IMG/VR virus record: IMGVR_UViG_3300023175_002299
Coordinates: 1 to 64,000 of that record
Direction: 5' to 3' (one strand)
Source of the DNA: an uncultured virus (IMG/VR IMGVR_UViG_3300023175_002299)
Taxonomy: Duplodnaviria > Heunggongvirae > Uroviricota > Caudoviricetes
DNA: 64,000 nt
A model generated the notes under the pieces. That model was not told the origin of the DNA and searched no databases. It saw only the letters and a program-made list of their open reading frames with translations. Both the position numbers and the translations under genes were made by a program. This document shows, in pieces, positions 57,874-64,000 of this stretch (positions within the stretch are counted from its first letter, which is position 1; the number at the start of each line of letters is the position of its first letter).

Positions 57874-59296
57874 TTGGGGGATCAGTGCTGGTTATCATGA
57901 CGCAGCTCTTTCTGTCATAAAAGATGGGGAGATAGTTTTTGCTAGCCATGCAGAAAGATACTCTGGTTACAAGAATGACAAATATTTAAATGATAATTTG
58001 TTGAATGATGCTTTGCAGTATGGGGAACCAGATAAAATGTACTGGTATGAGAACCCCATACTCAAAGCTACTAGAAGGTTGTATTCCAGACAACCAAATC
58101 CTTGGGTAAATCCAAGGTCTTATTTTGACAAATTAAAATATCAACCAACGTGCAAAATAAAGTGGGGGAATCATCACCGTAGTCATTTTGCAGCTGGGTA
58201 TTACACTAGACCATTTGATGATTGTGCTACTCTTGTTATTGATGCAATTGGTGAGTGGGTTACTACTTCCATCTGGGATAATGACAAATTAGTTTGGTCT
58301 AGGAAATATCCAAATTCTCTCGGTTTGTTCTACTCTGCTTTTACTGATAGGGTTGGATTGAAGGCAAATGAGGATGAATATATTCTAATGGGAATGTCTG
58401 CCTATGGAGACAAATATAGATTTTCAAAGGAAATATCAGATTTACTTGCAAACAAAACACCATTTCATCGTGGAGTAAAATGGTGGAGACCAGAATTAGA
58501 ACCAGAAGACTATTTTGATGTTGCTGCTGGAGTGCAATCCGTATATGAAAAATGGTTGGGTGCTCTTTTACATTTAACAGCAGAACTAACTCGCAAAAGA
58601 GATTTGGTTTTTATGGGTGGATGTGCTCTAAACTGTCTTGCCAATAGATTGTTACCAGATTTTTTTAGAAAATATTGGATAATGCCCAATCCAGGCGATG
58701 CTGGGTCTTCTCTTGGAGCAGTTCTTGCTGGTACAAAACAGAGAGTTGATTTTAAAACTGCCTATTTGGGACACGACATCAAAGGAGAATATCCAGTCGA
58801 TGCAGTACTTCATGAATTGATGACATCTGGGATGGTCGGAGTAGCTTCTGGTAGAGCTGAATTTGGCCCTCGTGCTTTGGGTAATCGGTCTCTGTTGGCT
58901 GATCCTAGAGGCCAAGATATGAAAGATAAAGTAAACTCAATAAAAAGACGACAGGAGTTTAGACCTTTTGCTCCAGTGATTAGACAGTGTGATGCACAAC
59001 ACCACTTCGATGTTGATGTCTTTTTTAATTCTCCATACATGCAAGAAGTTGTTAGGTGTAAAGAACCAGAAAAATATCCAGCAATAGTACATAAGGATGG
59101 TACTAGTAGAGTGCAGACAGTAAGTTATGCACATCATCCAGAATTATATGTGTTGCTTACTAAGTGGTATGAGGAAACTGGATGTCCAATGTTGCTCAAT
59201 ACTAGTTTGAACATAAAGGGTAAACCAATTGTAAATAATAGAATTGATGCTGATGTATTTGAAAATTTCTATGGAGTAAAAGTGTGTACCCCGTAA
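57866..59296 (+). CDS. Carbamoyltransferase (NodU/CmcH/TobZ family)
   Basis: HDAA, HHRSH, IDAIGE, GGCALN, GDAG, EFGPRALGNRSLLADPR, FRPFAP, LNTSLN. Confidence 0.93.
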   Translation: MINWGISAGYHDAALSVIKDGEIVFASHAERYSGYKNDKYLNDNLLNDALQYGEPDKMYWYENPILKATRRLYSRQPNPWVNPRSYFDKLKYQPTCKIKWGNHHRSHFAAGYYTRPFDDCATLVIDAIGEWVTTSIWDNDKLVWSRKYPNSLGLFYSAFTDRVGLKANEDEYILMGMSAYGDKYRFSKEISDLLANKTPFHRGVKWWRPELEPEDYFDVAAGVQSVYEKWLGALLHLTAELTRKRDLVFMGGCALNCLANRLLPDFFRKYWIMPNPGDAGSSLGAVLAGTKQRVDFKTAYLGHDIKGEYPVDAVLHELMTSGMVGVASGRAEFGPRALGNRSLLADPRGQDMKDKVNSIKRRQEFRPFAPVIRQCDAQHHFDVDVFFNSPYMQEVVRCKEPEKYPAIVHKDGTSRVQTVSYAHHPELYVLLTKWYEETGCPMLLNTSLNIKGKPIVNNRIDADVFENFYGVKVCTP

Positions 59297-60135
59297 AATA
59301 CTTGGATGACGTAATAAAGATAAATGGTATTCATTTTTATGGATGTTCTTTTACTGCTGGAGAAGAACTAGCAAATGAAGAATTTTTGCCCCTAATTGGA
59401 AAATGCGAAGACTCAGACCAACGTGAGTTATTGAGACAAAAACACGAAAAGATAGAAAAACAACTTGCGTATCCACAACACCTTTGTAATAAATTGGGAA
59501 TAACTAATGTTTACAATAGAGGTCAAAGGGGCAACTCTATTGATAATATGCGATCACAATTTTTCAATGATGTAATTCATGAAAAAATTTCTGATACACA
59601 TCTCTGTATGTTTGGAACTACTGGGTTTTTTCGAGAAGTTGGTTTTCATTCACTAGAACATTGGGCAGAAATTGGCAGGAGTAACATAGACGAAAGATAT
59701 AGGGGATGTGCTTTCAATAGAGTCGTTCCCACCCATCACGATAGAGGGGGTGATCATGAGTTTGCTTTAAAATATTTCAGAGAAAGACACTCATGGATTC
59801 ATTTTTATGAGTATATGAATAATCTCAGAGACATTTTGTATATTGCTAACAGGAATAATATACCTGTTATTTTTGTTGAGTGTCTTGAAAGAATTAATGT
59901 ACAATATTTTGAAAAAGTTTATTTGAAGAAACATGAACAACTTAAACACCTTGATTATGAATACAAAGATAATCTTCTTTTTATCGAAAAAGAGATAAAT
60001 AGACATATGATAACGGATAAGGGTTTCTCTGAATATAATGATAAACATGGAGACAAGCGAATGCCCAGAGGACATCCGTGTTTACAGGCTCACATAGAGT
60101 GGGGAGAGCATTTAGCTGATTGTTTAAAAGTATAA
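59284..60135 (+). CDS. SGNH-like protein
   Basis: YGCSFTAG...NRGQRGNS...GHPCLQAH. Confidence 0.55.
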   Translation: MYPVKYLDDVIKINGIHFYGCSFTAGEELANEEFLPLIGKCEDSDQRELLRQKHEKIEKQLAYPQHLCNKLGITNVYNRGQRGNSIDNMRSQFFNDVIHEKISDTHLCMFGTTGFFREVGFHSLEHWAEIGRSNIDERYRGCAFNRVVPTHHDRGGDHEFALKYFRERHSWIHFYEYMNNLRDILYIANRNNIPVIFVECLERINVQYFEKVYLKKHEQLKHLDYEYKDNLLFIEKEINRHMITDKGFSEYNDKHGDKRMPRGHPCLQAHIEWGEHLADCLKV

Positions 60136-60140
60136 GAAAA

Positions 60141-60449
60141 ATGAAAGACAATGTAATAAAGTTTCCTAATAAAAGATCATCCGAACCAACTGGATATAGA
60201 ATCAATTTATATACAGAGGACGACATTTCAATTGTTTTGATATGCTTAAATATATCAGATGATATGGATGACAATAAGAAATGGGTTCGCAAAGACTTGC
60301 GAACTATGGAACCAGAATTTGCCATAGATAGAATGAGGATGTGTTTGGACAGTCCAATTTTTTCCGATCCATTCAAACGGAATATACTTAGAATTATTAA
60401 TTCAACTGAAATACTCCCACTATCTGCTTTGCACTCGGAATTTTCATAA
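60141..60449 (+). CDS. Hypothetical protein
   Basis: MKDNVIKFP start motif; intact ORF. Confidence 0.5.
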   Translation: MKDNVIKFPNKRSSEPTGYRINLYTEDDISIVLICLNISDDMDDNKKWVRKDLRTMEPEFAIDRMRMCLDSPIFSDPFKRNILRIINSTEILPLSALHSEFS

Positions 60450-60458
60450 ATACATTTA

Positions 60459-60617
60459 ATGATAAGACACTTAACCGAAAACAAAGTATCTTACCTCTCA
60501 CACCTTTACAGGGCATGGAGTTGTTCTTTTGCCCTCTTTATTCACGGATTATTTCCGTGTCTTCTCCAAGACTACGCTTCAAAAAAACTCACCTCACAGG
60601 AGGATCAAACCCCATAG
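60459..60617 (+). CDS. Small hydrophobic protein (52 aa, not in ORF track)
   Basis: MIRHLTENKVSYLSHL...FIHGLFP...AS; follows CATAAATA at 60445-60452. Confidence 0.45.
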   Translation: MIRHLTENKVSYLSHLYRAWSCSFALFIHGLFPCLLQDYASKKLTSQEDQTP

Positions 60618-60663
60618 TATTGTTATAGCCTAAAATTAATTAATCAAGAGTCAGGAAACAACT

Positions 60664-61422
60664 ATGCCAAAACGAAAATCTAATCTTCATCTGATTGAGG
60701 ACAGCCAAAATCAAAGGAACGGTTCGCCTAGTACTGGACTGAAGATGCGAATAGAAGATTTAGTTACTATTGATGCAATGACAGAAACACAGGGTCAATT
60801 CTTCTCTCAGTATCAATCTGGTTCAAAAGCAATGATATTACACGGTGCTGCTGGTACAGGAAAAACCTTTATTGCACTATACAAGGCACTAGAAGAAGTT
60901 TTAAATAAAGGGGGGTTTTACAAGAAAGTTATATTAGTACGATCAGCAGTTCCTTCCAGAGAAATCGGACACTTGCCTGGAGACGAAAAAGAAAAATCCG
61001 AAGTTTATATGAGTCCGTACATTTCCATGTGCGAAGAACTCTTTCCCACCAAACAACAGGCCTTTCAAAGGTTAGTCGAACAAAAATATCTTGATTTCAT
61101 GATCACATCTTTTGTCCGTGGACTAACACTAGACAACACCATTGTTATCGTTGACGAATGTCAAAACATGAATGATATGGAACTCAATTCCATCATGACC
61201 AGAGTCGGAGTCAATAGTAAGATTATCTTCTGTGGTGATTTCAGACAGACTGATCTTTATAAAAACAGAAACGACATGTCTGGTTTGCAGAAGTTTATGG
61301 TGATTGCCGAAAATATGCCTTCTTTCAGAATGTTTGAATTCGACACTGACGATATTGTTCGCAGCGATCTCGTCAAAGAATATCTAATTGCGAGAATGAA
61401 ATACGAAGATTCAGCCGCTTGA
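60664..61422 (+). CDS. phoH: PhoH family ATPase
   Basis: GAAGTGKT, GHLPGD, RGLTLD, VDECQN, GDFRQTD, DIVRS. Confidence 0.95.
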   Translation: MPKRKSNLHLIEDSQNQRNGSPSTGLKMRIEDLVTIDAMTETQGQFFSQYQSGSKAMILHGAAGTGKTFIALYKALEEVLNKGGFYKKVILVRSAVPSREIGHLPGDEKEKSEVYMSPYISMCEELFPTKQQAFQRLVEQKYLDFMITSFVRGLTLDNTIVIVDECQNMNDMELNSIMTRVGVNSKIIFCGDFRQTDLYKNRNDMSGLQKFMVIAENMPSFRMFEFDTDDIVRSDLVKEYLIARMKYEDSAA

Positions 61423-61447
61423 CATTTGGTTATAAGTATAGTATGAT
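61419..61447 (+). promoter_or_regulatory. sigma70-type promoter
   Basis: TTGACA-17 bp-TATGAT. Confidence 0.65.
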
Positions 61448-61474
61448 AGGTGAATATTTGTAGGTATCTAATTT

Positions 61475-62149
61475 ATGTTTAATCATGTTGAAAGAAGTTA
61501 TAGTCTTCCCTCGTTAATTAGGGAAAACTATGAAGGCAAAAGAATGTACAAAACCGATAGTGGTGTCAGATTCCCGTCTGTCACCACTGTCCTCGGCCAC
61601 AAAAGTAAACCAGGCATCAAGGCTTGGCGCAAACGTGTCGGTGAAGAAAAGGCAAACAGAATTAGCAAACAAGCTTCTGTTCGTGGTACGAAAATTCACG
61701 CTGTTTGCGAAGATTATGTGAATAACAAAGAGTTGAGTTTTGACAAACTCTCTTTTGTTGAAATTGATATGTTTAATAAGATGAAACCTATCATTGATAG
61801 AATCGACAACATCCATTGTGTCGAAGAGTTTCTATACAGTGAACATCTCCGTCTCGCCGGACAGTGTGACTGCATTGCAGAATTTGACGGCAGACTCTCC
61901 ATCATAGACTTCAAAACCTCATCCAAACCAAAGAAAGAACAGTATATTCAAAACTACTTTGCACAGTGTTCTGCCTATGCAATTATGTTTGAGGAACGTA
62001 CTGGCATTCCTATTGACAAAAGCGTAGTAATTATTGGTGTTCAAGACGATGAACCACAGATATTTGTCAAAAAACGAGACGATTATGTGGATTATTTACT
62101 AGAATGTCGTGATTTATATGAGGCTGAGGTATTGACATCTGCTGCCTAG
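61475..62149 (+). CDS. PD-(D/E)XK exonuclease (T4-like phage family)
   Basis: PSVTTVL, RGTKIH, AGQCDCI, IIDFKTS, QCSAYA. Confidence 0.88.
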   Translation: MFNHVERSYSLPSLIRENYEGKRMYKTDSGVRFPSVTTVLGHKSKPGIKAWRKRVGEEKANRISKQASVRGTKIHAVCEDYVNNKELSFDKLSFVEIDMFNKMKPIIDRIDNIHCVEEFLYSEHLRLAGQCDCIAEFDGRLSIIDFKTSSKPKKEQYIQNYFAQCSAYAIMFEERTGIPIDKSVVIIGVQDDEPQIFVKKRDDYVDYLLECRDLYEAEVLTSAA

Positions 62150-62166
62150 TCATGTTATTATAAATA
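62132..62166 (+). promoter_or_regulatory. Tandem sigma70 and T4 late promoter for tmRNA
   Basis: TTGACA(62132)-18 bp-TATTAT(62156); TATAAATA at 62159-62166. Confidence 0.65.
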
Positions 62167-62170
62167 TTGA

Positions 62171-62448
62171 ATCGGTCGTTGAAGTGGACTGAAAGATTGT
62201 AGGACGGGGGTGCGATTCCCCCCACCTCCACCATAAGCACATTAGGCACGGACGTACAGTGTCGAAATTAAGACTTCCTAGTGTGCTTTTGATGGGGGTG
62301 AACAGGTTCGACTGCGATTGTCTAGGAAAGGTGAGACTGATTGACTGGCAAAGTGCCAACCTAAAGTAAACGCAAACGATGACGTTTATGCTCTAGCCGC
62401 TTAAGGCTAGTGGGGTATGGGTTCCACCTTATAATCCAACGGGCCCAT
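62171..62448 (+). ncRNA. ssrA: Circularly permuted (two-piece) tmRNA, tag (A)NDDVYALAA
   Basis: T arm and acceptor 3' strand CACCTCC-ACCA end at 62233, upstream of the 5' strand GGGGGTG at 62294; G3.U70 pair; tag frame 62372-62404; outer ends approximate. Confidence 0.92.
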
Positions 62449-62469
62449 TTTTAAAAGAAGGAGAAATCA

Positions 62470-63051
62470 ATGGTATCGCCAAAGGTTTTATCTTGGACAT
62501 TTGCATTAGTTTTAATTCTTACCCCAACAGTCGCAGTACTATCTGTTAAACCAACCCCCACGAAACCACCATTAGAACCAATAACTGTTGTTGTCACACC
62601 AGCCGTGATAAAAGAAAAACTACCCGATCCAGAAGAAGTTTTCTGTCTTGCACAAAACATTTATTTTGAAGCAAGAGGCGAAGATATCGCTGGACAAATG
62701 GCTGTTGCTCATGTTACAATTAACAGAGTAAAAAATGACAAATACCCCAATACCATATGTGAAGTGGTGTATCAAGCTAAATTGAGCAAGTGGTGGTTGT
62801 CCCAAGGTAAAAAGGTTCCAATGAAACACCAATGTCAATTTAGTTGGTATTGTGATGGCAAATCAGATAAGATAACTGATTGGAAAACTTTTGATAATAT
62901 TGTTGAAGTCTCTAGACAAATTATAAAAGGATACCACGAAGACAATACAAATGGAGCAATATACTATCACGCAGATTATGTAAAACCAAAATGGTCTGAT
63001 AGTTTGCAAGTGAGTGCGGTATTTGATTCGCACATATTTTATAGGTATTAA
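62470..63051 (+). CDS. Cell wall hydrolase (SleB/Hydrolase_2 family)
   Basis: CLAQNIYFEARGE, AVAHVTINRV, CQFSWYCDG, YYHADYVKPKW, HIFY. Confidence 0.92.
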   Translation: MVSPKVLSWTFALVLILTPTVAVLSVKPTPTKPPLEPITVVVTPAVIKEKLPDPEEVFCLAQNIYFEARGEDIAGQMAVAHVTINRVKNDKYPNTICEVVYQAKLSKWWLSQGKKVPMKHQCQFSWYCDGKSDKITDWKTFDNIVEVSRQIIKGYHEDNTNGAIYYHADYVKPKWSDSLQVSAVFDSHIFYRY

Positions 63052-63912
63052 ATGGCAAAACACAATTTTATTGTTACTGGTGGATGCGGTTTCATTGGTT
63101 CCCACTTGGTAGAGGCGTTACTCTTACATGATCAAAATGTTTTGGTAGTGGATGACATGAGTGTTGGTTCTTATAAGATACCACACAAAAAAGTTCAGTA
63201 CCTACATCAAGATGTTGCAGACGTTTTTCCTGCTGGAAATTATGATGCAATTTTTCATCTTGCTGCAACTCCCAGAGTTCGCATGTCACACAAGAATCCC
63301 TACATTACTATTAAAAATAATGTAAACTCCACTCTTACTGTATGTGAGTGGGCCAGAAAATTAAAAGTTCCAATTTTCTTTGCAGCATCATCAAGCACAA
63401 AATTTTCTAACAAAGATTCTAATCCGTATACCTTTAGTAAATATACATGTGAAGAGATATTAAATTTGTATGAATCTCTTTACAAAGTTAAGTATCATAT
63501 GTTATACTTCTATAATGTTTATGGGCCAAGAGAAGCAGACTACGGAGAATATAGTACTGTAGTCAGGGCATTTAAAAGATGTGTAGAAAATGATGAACCA
63601 CTACGAGTTTTCGGTAGTGGTAAAAAAGAAAGAGATTTTACCCATGTTTATGATGTGGTTGATGGCATGTTAAAACTATTGCAAACCAGAAGAAAAACAA
63701 AACATGTTAATTTGGGTAGGGGCAAACCAGTGAGTATTTTGGAAGTAGCAAAAGCTTTTGATCACCCCATTGTCCATGAATTTGATAGACCAGGCGAGGC
63801 AGAAAAGACTATCTGTGATAGTCCTTTTATCGAATGTGAATATGATGTCCTAAAATATATTAAGGACTGGAAAGAAGATTTTTTGATGCAAAAGGAAAAA
63901 AGTAATGATTGA
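63052..63912 (+). CDS. NAD-dependent epimerase/dehydratase
   Basis: VTGGCGFIGSHL, FHLAA, YTFSK, NVYGP, RDFTHVYD. Confidence 0.92.
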   Translation: MAKHNFIVTGGCGFIGSHLVEALLLHDQNVLVVDDMSVGSYKIPHKKVQYLHQDVADVFPAGNYDAIFHLAATPRVRMSHKNPYITIKNNVNSTLTVCEWARKLKVPIFFAASSSTKFSNKDSNPYTFSKYTCEEILNLYESLYKVKYHMLYFYNVYGPREADYGEYSTVVRAFKRCVENDEPLRVFGSGKKERDFTHVYDVVDGMLKLLQTRRKTKHVNLGRGKPVSILEVAKAFDHPIVHEFDRPGEAEKTICDSPFIECEYDVLKYIKDWKEDFLMQKEKSND

Positions 63913-64000
63913 AGAAGTTAAAAAAACCGATGAGTTTCTAATAAGCAATCAACAGTTTTCTAGTGCTGTTGAGTTTTCTCAACATATTGAAAGAAAGGCT
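63905..64000 (+). CDS. Partial ORF, possibly late-transcription coactivator gp33
   Basis: MIEEVKK...EFSQHIERKA runs off the window; weak resemblance and context only. Confidence 0.3.
   Translation, partial: MIEEVKKTDEFLISNQQFSSAVEFSQHIERKA

Noticed and set aside
61475..62149. Cas4 or CRISPR adaptation gene
   Set aside because: Lacks the four-Cys Fe-S pattern of Cas4 and there is no array; it fits the usual phage exonuclease beside phoH
62200..62233. Stand-alone tRNA or tRNA fragment (attP-like)
   Set aside because: Explained as the acceptor piece of the permuted tmRNA; no integrase in the window
1..64000. Stop-codon reassignment or alternative genetic code
   Set aside because: Core genes are full length in the standard code, coding density is high, and the only tRNA is a sense tRNA-Thr

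Overview
64 kb of a large T4-like (myovirus-type) dsDNA phage genome, probably aquatic. A proteobacterial host is inferred from sigma70 promoters, IHF-type boxes, a TonB-dependent receptor, PsiE and a tmRNA tag ending YALAA. Core T4-like genes: primase, ThyX, class Ia NrdA/NrdB with glutaredoxin, dCMP deaminase, RNase H, PhoH, a PD-(D/E)XK exonuclease and a SleB-type hydrolase. Between them lie early-gene clusters behind repeated promoter cassettes. Highlights: (1) a ~22 kb tailoring-enzyme cluster (37.9-60.1 kb) with seven radical SAM enzymes carrying N-terminal Cys clusters, glycosyltransferase-like, SGNH, 2OG-Fe(II), sugar dehydrogenase, carbamoyltransferase and desaturase genes, divergent from a late-promoter module of exported Asn/Thr-rich and Cys-repeat proteins; (2) an unannotated non-coding element of three tandem pseudoknot-like units (CCTGAGCA...AAACTGCTC) with its own promoters, tail-to-tail with a restriction-like nuclease gene; (3) a circularly permuted two-piece tmRNA; (4) tRNA-Thr(UGU) and several other structured intergenic elements. 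All protein calls come from motif recognition by eye; no database search was run.
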